DNA of 64,000 nucleotides from positions 18,802 to 82,801 of IMG/VR virus record IMGVR_UViG_3300046007_014223. One strand, written 5' to 3'. A program made the position numbers and the translations under genes. Within the stretch, counting starts at the first letter, position 1. Each line of letters opens with the position of its first letter. Below the pieces are notes generated by a model, which was given only the letters and a program-made list of their open reading frames with translations, ran no database searches and was not told where the DNA came from. Source of the stretch: a virus. Positions 18,551 to 28,139 of the stretch are shown one piece after another.

Positions 18551-19168
18551 TCAATCACCTATGTAGTAAGGGTTCTCAAGAGTAATAAATTTGCTAACTG
18601 CAAACAAAGATGAAAAATTAAAATCCATATGATGTAAAGTATTCGGGGGTGTACTATGAGAACCCTTGAAGGGTGTCGATGATAGATTTAGTGCAGCATC
18701 ATAAAACATGGGTGAAATTTCATTTCGAAAAAGATACAAGTGTTCGTAGTCATAAAGTAAACAAGAAAATGTTCCATCAAGGTTATTTAGGTTATCCCTG
18801 TTTTGTGTAATTGTTTTTAACATTAAAAAAGTATCCCACTCACAAACTTCATCTAATTCTTTTTTTAGCTTTTGAATATATGTTTGTTTTAAGATACCAT
18901 TATGCCACAAATACCGACCATCATAGTGTGCAGGGTGTATTGATGAAGTCTCTTGTGTCGTAGGTGCTTGTGAGTGGATGATAATATAAACAAGAGGTGA
19001 TTGTTCAACATTATCAAAATTGATAGCACCCTCATATCTGTTGACGGTTAGTTTACCTGTTACAACATCATAATAACTAATTGAGTGAGCGTAATCACCT
19101 CTTTGAACATTATGTTTATATAAGTCGATCAATTTCTCTTTTTTAAACGACCCAATAATGCTACACAT
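18551..19168 (-). CDS. Stand-alone class II (Ntn) glutamine amidotransferase (Gat)
   Basis: N-terminal nucleophile MCSIIG, HSQAPT, HP, LWHNGIL, DGTFSC, LFRNEISP; overlaps the queC stop. Confidence 0.75.
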   Translation of the reverse strand: MCSIIGSFKKEKLIDLYKHNVQRGDYAHSISYYDVVTGKLTVNRYEGAINFDNVEQSPLVYIIIHSQAPTTQETSSIHPAHYDGRYLWHNGILKQTYIQKLKKELDEVCEWDTFLMLKTITQNRDNLNNLDGTFSCLLYDYEHLYLFRNEISPMFYDAALNLSSTPFKGSHSTPPNTLHHMDFNFSSLFAVSKFITLENPYYIGD

Positions 19169-19940
19169 TTAGAAGTTTACTCCACGGAATGTTTGCTGAG
19201 TAAGGAATGGGGTCAACAAGACCTGCCTTTGCAAAGTTTGCAATCCTTTCAGAACATGATGGACACTTGCCACATGAATGTCCTTTATCATCAGGATTAT
19301 AACATGTAAGCGTATTAGCCAACAAGTCAACATTACCATCAAGATGTTGCAAAACTTTAATTTCATCAAATTTACTTAATCCTGCAAAGGGTGCAATAAC
19401 TTTGATCTTGATGATTCTGTTTTCAGAAAGAACATCGTTTACTTTACTTACGAACCTTGCAGTCGTATCATGATAACCATACTCATCGTGAATTTGTAAA
19501 CCCATAACGATGGTATCAAAACCTTCAACTTCAGCAAAAGCTGCTGCTACTGACATGAGAATCATATTACGATTCGGGACATAAGTTTTCGGGCGCGGAT
19601 CACCTAACACATCCTTAATCGTAGGCATACTAATATCAGTGTCTACATTTGCAGAGAAACCTTTACTAATTTCCCCTAATACAGACAAGTCAAATACTTT
19701 GTGCTTGACACCAAGATGTTTGGTTGTAAACTTTGCCTTTTCAATTTCAATAGATTGTCTTTGCCCATAAAAGTAAGTAAGAGCCCTTACATTATCTTTG
19801 CCATACTTTTCTATACACAACCTCAATGAAATTGTGCTGTCCATACCGCCCGATAAAATAACTATTGCACCTTTAGTATCGGGTAACTTAGCTAGAATAT
19901 CTTCAATCATCATTGCCTCATGGTTTTGTTCACTAGACAT
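19161..19940 (-). CDS. queC: 7-cyano-7-deazaguanine (preQ0) synthase
   Basis: LSGGMDS PP-loop, YGQR, TYVPNRN, and the TCY...CGKCPSC zinc site. Confidence 0.93.
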   Translation of the reverse strand: MSSEQNHEAMMIEDILAKLPDTKGAIVILSGGMDSTISLRLCIEKYGKDNVRALTYFYGQRQSIEIEKAKFTTKHLGVKHKVFDLSVLGEISKGFSANVDTDISMPTIKDVLGDPRPKTYVPNRNMILMSVAAAFAEVEGFDTIVMGLQIHDEYGYHDTTARFVSKVNDVLSENRIIKIKVIAPFAGLSKFDEIKVLQHLDGNVDLLANTLTCYNPDDKGHSCGKCPSCSERIANFAKAGLVDPIPYSANIPWSKLLNV

Positions 19941-20842
19941 TTAGTTTCCATCAGAATCATTGACTCTGCATTTAGAATAAGTTCACTTGATGCACGAATC
20001 GGGTTTATATCAATACCCCCTCGCCGTGTATAAAGGCAAGCAACAAATAACTCATCAGGTTGCAGTATATCATAAAGTCGTTTGTAAATACATTCACAAA
20101 TTTCTTCGTGAAAGTGATTTTCTTTTCGCATGGAAACGATATATTGCAAAAATGATTGTGGGGTTATCGTTTTTTCCCCTCTGATGTAGACGAAAACATC
20201 ACCCCAATCAGGTTGATTAGTAACCCGACAATTCGAACGAAGAGCAGAGGTATGATAGCGAGTATCGCTAAGAGCGTGTGCACTAACAACTTCCAGCAAA
20301 GAAGGATCTTCATTGTATGCATTAAAATCAGTTTTAGTTACATCAATAGTCTCATCAACAAACCAAAAATAGTTTGATAGAGGTTGTGAATTATACATGA
20401 AAACTTGTTTTTGACGATGGAAGGTAGCACTCACCTTACATTGCAAAAGTTTTGATAGATCAGACTCAACTTTTTCTCTAATAATGAGTCCTGCCATGTC
20501 AACAGAATCACAAAGTTTTACCATATTAAAAGAATTTAAATATAGCTTTAATGATTTGGATTCAACGATATATTTTGAATTTGCAGGATAGAAAATCTTT
20601 AGCGTCCCTGAAAGAGGGAACCCACTTGTAAGCAACGTTGAAAACTCATAGCAGTTCCAAACATCACCCCCAACAAAAGGCAGATGAGCGTCGTCGATGT
20701 TGTATTGTGTTCTATTTAGTTGGCGAGGAACAGCAACAAGAAGCGATGGATCAATTTCGTCAGGTGTTACATAAGGTTTTACAACTGACCCATCACCCGC
20801 TTTTCCTAAGTGTACGGATGCGATTTGTTCGATTGTATTCAT
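19910..20842 (-). CDS. queF: NADPH-dependent preQ0 reductase (bimodular QueF)
   Basis: QueF motif VESKSLKLYLNSFN, catalytic RSNCRVTNQPDWG, FHEEICE, YTRRGGIDINP. Confidence 0.92.
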   Translation of the reverse strand: MNTIEQIASVHLGKAGDGSVVKPYVTPDEIDPSLLVAVPRQLNRTQYNIDDAHLPFVGGDVWNCYEFSTLLTSGFPLSGTLKIFYPANSKYIVESKSLKLYLNSFNMVKLCDSVDMAGLIIREKVESDLSKLLQCKVSATFHRQKQVFMYNSQPLSNYFWFVDETIDVTKTDFNAYNEDPSLLEVVSAHALSDTRYHTSALRSNCRVTNQPDWGDVFVYIRGEKTITPQSFLQYIVSMRKENHFHEEICECIYKRLYDILQPDELFVACLYTRRGGIDINPIRASSELILNAESMILMETKCLVNKTMRQ

Positions 20843-22158
20843 TGAAAAAGGTCCTCAAGTGATCCATGATTTTCTTCACGGACAATTCGTTTACTTTTTA
20901 TGTTTGACTTTGCAGCGTTCAGCCAAGACATCATAGTTGTATCATCACGTATATTTAGCAGTTTGTCGATATGTTGATTGCCTGAAGTTGACTCGACTAA
21001 AACTTTATCGATACAAGATACAAAATTATCGATTTGAAAATATGTATGCATAGCTTTTGACAAGTATGCAATAATTAGTTTTTCATCTGATAAGTTAGCT
21101 GCACTTTCTTTAACTGTTGAATATTTCCAATCACGAATACCATCACCCAAAATAATATCAATGTACTCATCCTCGCTGACCTTAGGTGAAAGGTAATTGT
21201 AAAAGAGATTGTAGACATTCCTAAAGTGTGCTTCACCTTTAGGTGTTCGAACACTGCCCAACGGTCGGCATGTTCCGTTGACTTTCAATAATCCATAATC
21301 AAAGGTAGACGTATGGGATGAACTATCATAAGATACTTTCTCAAATGTGTCCAAGTAACCCGACTTATTCAAATAAAGAATTGGGCGCATTCTTGAAATA
21401 CTACCAACACCTAAGATGTGCAAATGCTTTTTGATGTTATCATGGCAAATCATAGAAATGTGTTTAGCACCTCGCAACATTTCAATCGATTCAAGTTCAC
21501 CATTACCCATGCAAGTATCAGCTATCGCCATACCACTAATAAATTCATAATCTTCGGGTTCAAGTTCATTGACGATCATGTTAAAAAAGGTAATCATATC
21601 CTGATAGGTATTACCTTGAATAATAGGAATGACTTTTGTTTTCGCACCCAATGATTTGAATGCTTCGATTTGTTCCTTAATATTCTTACCTGTCAAGGTG
21701 CCTTTCTCAGCATGTTCAGACGATTTGAAAATTTTATTTCCAACATTCGATCTTTCGTTACGTGTGCGCGTGACACTGAAAGAACCCAGCGCAATCTCAT
21801 CGAAGCACATAGCGTAATCAGCCGCAGTTTGTGTCTTGTAAATTTGTTGCTTAATTTCAGGTGTAATCTTTTTACCTGCAGTAACAATTTGTAATCCACC
21901 CGAATCTGCATACAGTTTTTTTGCCCCGAGATTGTTTAGAACGGCAAATCGTTCTGTAAATCCTGATTCGGTGTAACCATTAAACAAAGTAGCAATAGTT
22001 GGGTTTGTATTCTTTGCCTTTCTTTGTACACTTTCGTTCAAGCATTTCATCAATTCAAGCAAACTTGATTTCCATGCTTCTCGGTGGTTATCATAAACTT
22101 GATTGGTAAAAACACCCATCATACCACAGGCGCTTATTACATACTCGAGGTTAATCAT
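20839..22158 (-). CDS. dpdA: DpdA-type TGT-like 7-deazaguanine DNA transglycosylase
   Basis: TGT-fold motifs YADSGGLQ, MCFDEI, PIIQG, HILGVG and SYDSSSH; lacks the canonical TGT CxCxxC zinc motif; embedded among folE/queCDEF. Confidence 0.8.
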   Translation of the reverse strand: MINLEYVISACGMMGVFTNQVYDNHREAWKSSLLELMKCLNESVQRKAKNTNPTIATLFNGYTESGFTERFAVLNNLGAKKLYADSGGLQIVTAGKKITPEIKQQIYKTQTAADYAMCFDEIALGSFSVTRTRNERSNVGNKIFKSSEHAEKGTLTGKNIKEQIEAFKSLGAKTKVIPIIQGNTYQDMITFFNMIVNELEPEDYEFISGMAIADTCMGNGELESIEMLRGAKHISMICHDNIKKHLHILGVGSISRMRPILYLNKSGYLDTFEKVSYDSSSHTSTFDYGLLKVNGTCRPLGSVRTPKGEAHFRNVYNLFYNYLSPKVSEDEYIDIILGDGIRDWKYSTVKESAANLSDEKLIIAYLSKAMHTYFQIDNFVSCIDKVLVESTSGNQHIDKLLNIRDDTTMMSWLNAAKSNIKSKRIVREENHGSLEDLFQ

Positions 22159-22829
22159 CGCTTGTTTACCAAGTTCATGAACTCAGCACGCACTGCTTGA
22201 TCTGATTTGAATTCGCCACCCAGCTTACTAGTAATTGTTGATGAACCAACATCTTCTACGCCGCGTGATTTGACACAATAATGTTGAGCATCAATAAGAA
22301 CAGCAATGTCATCAGTGCCTAGAATATATTGCAAGGCATGATAAATTTGTTCAGTCAATCGTTCTTGAATTTGTGGGCGTTTACTAAAGTATTCAACCAC
22401 ACGATTGATTTTACTCAATCCCAATACTTTCTCTTTTGGAATATATGCAACGGTTGCCTTTCCGTCGATAACTACAAAGTGATGTTCACAGTTTGATTGC
22501 ACATTGATATTACGCTCGATAACCATCTCATCATACTTCATCTTATTATCGACCGTTGTACATTTAGGAAATGCTTCAGGATCCAGACCCCAAAAGATTT
22601 CGTTGACAAACATCTTTGCTACACGATTTGGAGTCTCTTTCAAACTATCATCCTTCAGATCAAGACCCAATACCAGCATGATATATTCAAAGTGTTTTTG
22701 AATTTCTGTAATCTTTTCCTTATGTGTCAAAGGATTCGACCACATGGGAGTCTGAACTCCACATTTGATTAGATGTTCGTGAATTTGTTGACCCAACTCA
22801 GGATCGGTTTTTGTTTTATTGAATGACAT
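22155..22829 (-). CDS. folE: GTP cyclohydrolase I
   Basis: ETPNRVAKM, SNCEHHF, GLSKINR, RPQIQERLT, HYCVKSRGV. Confidence 0.95.
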   Translation of the reverse strand: MSFNKTKTDPELGQQIHEHLIKCGVQTPMWSNPLTHKEKITEIQKHFEYIMLVLGLDLKDDSLKETPNRVAKMFVNEIFWGLDPEAFPKCTTVDNKMKYDEMVIERNINVQSNCEHHFVVIDGKATVAYIPKEKVLGLSKINRVVEYFSKRPQIQERLTEQIYHALQYILGTDDIAVLIDAQHYCVKSRGVEDVGSSTITSKLGGEFKSDQAVRAEFMNLVNKR

Positions 22830-22853
22830 ATTATCCTTCCTTACGCGGATAGT

Positions 22854-23693
22854 TTAAGTACCCCATGCATTTTTAAACAAGGGGACCTGTAAGCGATCTG
22901 AATAACGATAGCCTCTTGCCATCGCCAATTCAGCCACCCTCTTATTATTTAGCGAATACACACTCTCTACACCACCAACAGGCATTAGATAAACAGGACC
23001 TTTAAATCCTGCTTTACGATAAGCAGATACAGCGTCTTCGATTTCCTCACTATCTTCTTCGCCAGTTACAACAAATTTTAAATATGTAAACCCAAGTAGT
23101 TCATAATCACACACCACGTCTGGCTTAATCGCATCTTCCCACTTCTCACCACTTACACTCAATTTAGGACTTACACTAAATGTAACTTCGTAAATGTTGC
23201 TATCATTTAATAGGTAATCAAAAAATTCACTTGTTAGACTCTGTGTACCATTCGTTTCAAATGTGAGTTCCTTTAAATTACGAATCAAATCATGTTCAAG
23301 AAGTTCAGGATACGCTCGTTGCCAACCCAACAAAGGTTCGCCGCCTGTAATGACTAGGTGTTCTTCTTTCCATTGGTTATGTGGGAGTAGATCGATGATA
23401 GCTTTGGCGATAGCATCTGTATCAAGAAGTGGAGACATATGCTTAAAGCGAGGATCCCAACTAGCGTAAGAATCACAACCGGTATTAACCAAAGGAAGAT
23501 CTCTGTATTGGTTATAGAATGTAATATTTGCAGCCACATCGTCTCGTTCACGACTTATCTCTCCTCGTGGCATACCGAAACCACCACAGGTAAAATTACA
23601 TCCAAATGTTCGAAGAAAGACACTAGGTACACCCATGTATCTACCTTCACCTTGTATCGAATAAAAAAGTTCACTCACCTTAATCTTTTGCAT
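22854..23693 (-). CDS. queE: 7-carboxy-7-deazaguanine synthase (radical SAM)
   Basis: ELFYSIQGEG, FLRTFGCNFTC...GCDS, VITGGEPL, ETNGT, SVSPKL, LKFVV. Confidence 0.9.
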   Translation of the reverse strand: MQKIKVSELFYSIQGEGRYMGVPSVFLRTFGCNFTCGGFGMPRGEISRERDDVAANITFYNQYRDLPLVNTGCDSYASWDPRFKHMSPLLDTDAIAKAIIDLLPHNQWKEEHLVITGGEPLLGWQRAYPELLEHDLIRNLKELTFETNGTQSLTSEFFDYLLNDSNIYEVTFSVSPKLSVSGEKWEDAIKPDVVCDYELLGFTYLKFVVTGEEDSEEIEDAVSAYRKAGFKGPVYLMPVGGVESVYSLNNKRVAELAMARGYRYSDRLQVPLFKNAWGT

Positions 23694-23739
23694 ACATCCC
23701 CCAATAAAAAGCACATGATATAAGAATATTTAGCAGAAA

Positions 23740-24285
23740 TCAATCATCAAATTCAAGTTTTAGTGCTGTTTCCTCAGCCATCTTTGTACTTTTCTTTTGA
23801 GGTGTCGCTGCTCTGCGATCCGGATCAATCGTATCCAATTGCTTTTTGACGTAATCTAAAAACTGATTACTAAAGTCACTTGAGTCAGTCTCTTGGGTAA
23901 TGATCTCATCAATATCAATGTTTTCAAGAAGTTTATACTTTGTGGCTTGTTGTTTCTTTTCTTTTTGGATTCGTCGAATGAACGCATAATAAACGATTTG
24001 AGTATAATATGCAAAAGGATTCTTTGACTTTTCGGGATCAAATTTTTCAGCAGCAACAAGGCAATTTTCAATTGCATCAGATACCATATCGTCGCGGAAT
24101 GAATAATTTATAAAGTTACCTTTGTAAGCTAAATGGTTAGATATCTTAATAAAACATTCGCCGATGTACTTAGGCAAAATAGGTTTGTCAACCCCTTGTG
24201 CAACAGCCTCATTACAAGCGGCTTTATACTGTGTCAATGCCTCAAGGAATTTATCATTGTCAACATAATGTGTTGCTTTTCTCAT
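23740..24285 (-). CDS. 55: gp55 late-transcription sigma factor
   Basis: HYVDN, YIGECFIKI, NFINYSFRDDMVSDAIENC, FDPEKSKNPFAYYTQI...AFIRRIQKEKKQ. Confidence 0.95.
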   Translation of the reverse strand: MRKATHYVDNDKFLEALTQYKAACNEAVAQGVDKPILPKYIGECFIKISNHLAYKGNFINYSFRDDMVSDAIENCLVAAEKFDPEKSKNPFAYYTQIVYYAFIRRIQKEKKQQATKYKLLENIDIDEIITQETDSSDFSNQFLDYVKKQLDTIDPDRRAATPQKKSTKMAEETALKLEFDD

Positions 24286-24286
24286 A

Positions 24287-24727
24287 TTAGTGATACCATT
24301 TCTTTCTATTTTCTTGTGATTTGGATACTTCTTCAAGCATTTCTTCTATTTCTTCATCTTCATCGTACTCATCATCTTCAGTACCTGCGATCTCAGCTCC
24401 ACCTTCTTCAATGGGTTGTTGAGAATTAGGATCGGTTATAAATTCAATGTACTTGTCGATAAAAATTTCCTTTAACTTACCCACAAACACTACATTACTC
24501 ATAGGTATTTTTGTTGTGTTGTCGCTTGAAAACGGTGTCCAAGATTGCATAATGTATTTTTCAATGATGACACCATTGTGAGGAATCTTAAATGAAAAGA
24601 TTTGAATGGGATCTATTATAGGAAGAAACTTTAATTTTTCAATTGTTGATACATCATGAAGGGTTGTGCAAATCAAGTTATCTCCGTTAGATAGCTTAAT
24701 AAAAATAAACTTTGCTTCTTCAGTCAT
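24287..24727 (-). CDS. Hypothetical protein (Sm-like N-terminus, acidic tail)
   Basis: IKLSNGDNLI...WTPFS; sits in the usual slot between uvsW and gp55 in aquatic T4-like phages. Confidence 0.65.
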   Translation of the reverse strand: MTEEAKFIFIKLSNGDNLICTTLHDVSTIEKLKFLPIIDPIQIFSFKIPHNGVIIEKYIMQSWTPFSSDNTTKIPMSNVVFVGKLKEIFIDKYIEFITDPNSQQPIEEGGAEIAGTEDDEYDEDEEIEEMLEEVSKSQENRKKWYH

Positions 24728-26213
24728 TTAAAGGTACCTTTACTAAAGTGTAACTAAACGACTCCTCATTATAAATTTTTATTCTTTCAACCATATGTTG
24801 TAATGTAAAATTTTTCTTACTTTTCCAACTTAGATCATCACCAATATCATACAAATTACATTTATCTTTGGTTTCAGAAATACGCAAACCCCTACCTATC
24901 GATTGCAAGTTGCGAACCCTTGACTTAGAAGGCGAAGCAAAAATAATATTATGAAGGTTACGAATATTTACACCTGTTGAGAATGTCCCATACGATGCTA
25001 CAATTATGGCATCATTCTCCTTCTCTGTCAATGCCCTTATATTTTCACGTTGCTGGGTATCGGTGCCTCCATATACAAAGAACACCTTTCTATCCTCGCA
25101 CTTCGCCCAAATCATATCATGAAGCATCTTGCCATGCTTTTCTACATATTGAAACAATACAAGAGTGTTACCTTTGCAATTGACAGCCAAGTTACGAATG
25201 AATTTATTTCTTGCATTGTTTGAAACAAGAAAATCCATCTCCTGTTGATAATCAAAACCTTTAGCTGCCTTTTTTAATTCATCTGAGTAATTTAGCACAA
25301 GGCAAAATATTTTTAAGTCAGCTAATTTTTTGTTTTCGATCAACTTTCGCGTCGTTGTCACTTTATATATAGGACCAAACAAACCCTCGAGGACTAATTT
25401 ATGTGTTTGTGTTCCATCAAGTGAACCTGTTGCACCGATACGATAAGGCGTTTTCGTGCAACGAGACATGATAGCAGTCAATGACTTGGCTTTAAACAGA
25501 TGTGCCTCATCACCATATATGCAATCAAAGTCTTCGAAAAAATCTTTGGGTAGTTTTTGTAATGATTGCCATGTTGAAATAATTACAGGAAAGTCATTTG
25601 TCTTTTCCTTTCCTGAATAAATTCGATGACAATTCTTTTCTACATTCCAATTATTGACACTTGAATAATCAATGAAGTCGGTGTACAATTGTTCTACAAG
25701 TGATGTTGTGGGGACAACAATCAACTGTTTTCGTCCTTTGTTATGGTGCCATCTAATAAGCGAATAGATGATTAAAGACTTACCCGAACCTGTTGGCGAT
25801 ATAAGCATCTTTCTACCACAGGACAACGCTTGATAAATTGCATCGATTTGATACTCACGCACATCAATGGGTTTGCCTTGTGATGAAAGTTGTAGGTCAT
25901 TACAAAATGTTTCTACATCAGTAGAAGTGCATTGGTCACCCACACGTTCATACTTAGAAAAATCAATAGTATAGCCGCTATTGACAGCAAAGTCATTAAT
26001 ATGATCCACCAATCCACAATATACCTCACCAGTCATGTATGAAAAAAGACGAATCTTTCCATCCCACATTCTGTTTCGATACAAAGGTGTAAATTTGGCG
26101 CCAGGAACATCGAATGTGAAATGTTCACTTAGCTCTTGTCTTAAGCTGGGTTCACAATCAACGATTACATGAACCTCATCTTTCTTTTTAATTCGAATAT
26201 CAGATTGATCCAT
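24720..26213 (-). CDS. uvsW: UvsW DNA helicase
   Basis: WDGKIRL, SPTGSGKS, VPTTSLVEQ, DEAH, ASYGTFSTGVNI, QSIGRGLR. Confidence 0.96.
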   Translation of the reverse strand: MDQSDIRIKKKDEVHVIVDCEPSLRQELSEHFTFDVPGAKFTPLYRNRMWDGKIRLFSYMTGEVYCGLVDHINDFAVNSGYTIDFSKYERVGDQCTSTDVETFCNDLQLSSQGKPIDVREYQIDAIYQALSCGRKMLISPTGSGKSLIIYSLIRWHHNKGRKQLIVVPTTSLVEQLYTDFIDYSSVNNWNVEKNCHRIYSGKEKTNDFPVIISTWQSLQKLPKDFFEDFDCIYGDEAHLFKAKSLTAIMSRCTKTPYRIGATGSLDGTQTHKLVLEGLFGPIYKVTTTRKLIENKKLADLKIFCLVLNYSDELKKAAKGFDYQQEMDFLVSNNARNKFIRNLAVNCKGNTLVLFQYVEKHGKMLHDMIWAKCEDRKVFFVYGGTDTQQRENIRALTEKENDAIIVASYGTFSTGVNIRNLHNIIFASPSKSRVRNLQSIGRGLRISETKDKCNLYDIGDDLSWKSKKNFTLQHMVERIKIYNEESFSYTLVKVPLND

Positions 26214-26640
26214 TTGACCACTTTAGCCACTCGATAGCATTTTTTATATCCCACGTTCTTGAATTCAATGAGCGAATGATTTGTTCTAATTGATATAGAA
26301 CAGTTTTGAAGTATTCAATTTTATCTTGCAATGCAATCAAATCAGAATCAAATGAAAGGAACTCATCCATTTCGTTTTTAAGTGGTTTCGTTCCTTGCCA
26401 TTGTTCCCATTCTTCATTTAAAAGTTCTTGCTGAGTCATCTCACCTCGATAATAACGAAACTTCTTTCTACGCATGTTTGCGTAGTCAGACTCTGCCTTT
26501 CGCAAATTTAGTTTTGTTGAGGTAAGCAGATTCAAATACTTTGCATGAAGAATCGGTATCTTCGTTGCTTCACCACCCAAGTTCATTTCATCAATGGGAG
26601 AGTCTTTCTCCCATTGTGTTTGCAGATCACTTAATTTCAT
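26200..26640 (-). CDS. uvsY: UvsY recombination mediator
   Basis: LHAKYL, YYRG, RTWDIKNAIEWLKW; directly upstream of uvsW. Confidence 0.88.
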   Translation of the reverse strand: MKLSDLQTQWEKDSPIDEMNLGGEATKIPILHAKYLNLLTSTKLNLRKAESDYANMRRKKFRYYRGEMTQQELLNEEWEQWQGTKPLKNEMDEFLSFDSDLIALQDKIEYFKTVLYQLEQIIRSLNSRTWDIKNAIEWLKWSNGSI

Positions 26641-27464
26641 CGAGACTTTTCAAAGATAATCGTCGGATTTCCTGGGAAAGCATATGTACCATAGTGATTC
26701 AAGCTGATGTTTGGATCAAGCCAAACTTGCCCGCCCAATTCTTGCCAACGGCGACAAAATGTATAATCTTCTGAAAGATAACGTTTTGAGCTTTTTTCAA
26801 TAATAGTATCAAATAATGCATATGTAAATTGATCAAGATCTTTATCAACATTAATATCATTATTATATTGTAGCTCAGGATATGCCTTGGTCATTTTATC
26901 AAAAACAGCGCGTTTGATGAGCATGAATCCTGTACCAGCATCTTTCAATGATACCAATCCATCTTGAACTTCAATAGAACGCTCTTCAAGATTTTTGAAG
27001 TTAAAGTTAATTGCATATTCACTACCTGACGCACTTACATCAGAGGTAACTGAATCTTTATTATCTAGAACATGACGGCGTACAAGGTCCCAATTAATAC
27101 CTTTCTTAGGATATGCACCAACTGTCACATCTTTATCCGCTGCGATTAGACGAACAACATCCTCAACCTTGAATTCAATATCTGCATCGATGAACAACAG
27201 GTGTGTACAATCAGAGCGCAAGAAAAAGGCAGCAAGTGTGTTACGTGCTCGAGGAACTAAGGATTCATTCGCAATAGTTCCGAATTGCAAAGGAATATTG
27301 TGCTTGTCAAAGAAAAACACAAGTCGCAAAATACTTTTAAAATATGGTTCAGTCAATGCACCCCCATAACAAGGAGTTGCAATAAACAATTTTGTTTTTT
27401 GAAGATCAGAAACAGCAATACTTTTTTTCGTCACTTCAGGTTGTGCTTCGATTAATTCAGACAT
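26637..27464 (-). CDS. GT-A fold (GT2-like) glycosyltransferase
   Basis: FIATPCYGG, NESLVPRARN, FIDADI (DxD), AGTGFMLIKR, LSEDYTFCRRW, LNHYG. Confidence 0.75.
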   Translation of the reverse strand: MSELIEAQPEVTKKSIAVSDLQKTKLFIATPCYGGALTEPYFKSILRLVFFFDKHNIPLQFGTIANESLVPRARNTLAAFFLRSDCTHLLFIDADIEFKVEDVVRLIAADKDVTVGAYPKKGINWDLVRRHVLDNKDSVTSDVSASGSEYAINFNFKNLEERSIEVQDGLVSLKDAGTGFMLIKRAVFDKMTKAYPELQYNNDINVDKDLDQFTYALFDTIIEKSSKRYLSEDYTFCRRWQELGGQVWLDPNISLNHYGTYAFPGNPTIIFEKSR

Positions 27465-27479
27465 AATTTACTCCAAGTT

Positions 27480-28061
27480 TTATAATGATTTTATTTCAAA
27501 TGATCTATATTTGAAAGTTGCTCCGCAGACAAGATACTGAATGTTATCAATTGTTGTATCAAATGACAATGGTTGTAACTCTAAAGGAAAAAGTTCAGTA
27601 AACTTTATTTCTAATTTTGGTGTATTTGATGAATTTAAAATAAACAATGATGCATCAGAATATTTTAAAGACTCAGAATATTTATTATCCTTTGTCGCAC
27701 CGGGAAAACGATTTAATCTTTTATTAACAAAATCTGTCCAAATACTATCATCATATGCACTAATAGCTATAATCCAATTATATAGCTCTGAATAATTTTG
27801 CATTCCCTCTGATACAATAAATTTCAAACTAAAGTCGCCGAATTCAGGTTTTTGATCTGCAAGTTTTAAATTTATAGATGGTGTGGGAATATTAACATAT
27901 CCAATTGCAACAGAAGGCAACGACACTTCTTGACAAGTATATGAAACATTAGGTAAATCTTTTACAACAAATCTAAACCCATTGGGTTTCAAATAGTCAT
28001 AAGTTGCAGGTTGACTATTTGCATAATTGTTTGCTAAATCTGAATTACCTTCAATATACAA
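27480..28061 (-). CDS. 3: gp3 tail completion / sheath stabilizer protein
   Basis: YLKPNGFRF...LPNVSYTCQEVSLP, NYSELYNWI, SDASLFILNS, FTELFP; follows gp23. Confidence 0.85.
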   Translation of the reverse strand: MYIEGNSDLANNYANSQPATYDYLKPNGFRFVVKDLPNVSYTCQEVSLPSVAIGYVNIPTPSINLKLADQKPEFGDFSLKFIVSEGMQNYSELYNWIIAISAYDDSIWTDFVNKRLNRFPGATKDNKYSESLKYSDASLFILNSSNTPKLEIKFTELFPLELQPLSFDTTIDNIQYLVCGATFKYRSFEIKSL

Positions 28062-28081
28062 GATTTTCTCCTATGATGCAA

Positions 28082-28089
28082 TATTTATG
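28082..28089 (-). promoter_or_regulatory. Late promoter variant CATAAATA upstream of gp3
   Basis: One mismatch to TATAAATA; directly after the gp23 terminator. Confidence 0.55.
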
Positions 28090-28092
28090 CAT

Positions 28093-28117
28093 AAAAAAAG
28101 GGGGACCGAAGTCCCCC
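28093..28117 (-). terminator. Rho-independent terminator after gp23 with a C(UUCG)G tetraloop
   Basis: Minus strand reads GGGGGAC-TTCG-GTCCCCC-TTTTTTT. Confidence 0.92.
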
Positions 28118-28139
28118 AAACCCGATCTGCGCCGGTTTC

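Noticed and set aside
20839-22158. Canonical tRNA-guanine transglycosylase for queuosine
   Set aside because: It lacks the TGT zinc-binding motif, and no queA/queG/queH are visible. The context matches phage DpdA, although tRNA activity is not formally excluded.
23727-23733. CTAAATA as a late promoter for the que/dpd cassette
   Set aside because: Only a partial match in AT-rich DNA; read-through from upstream genes explains expression equally well.
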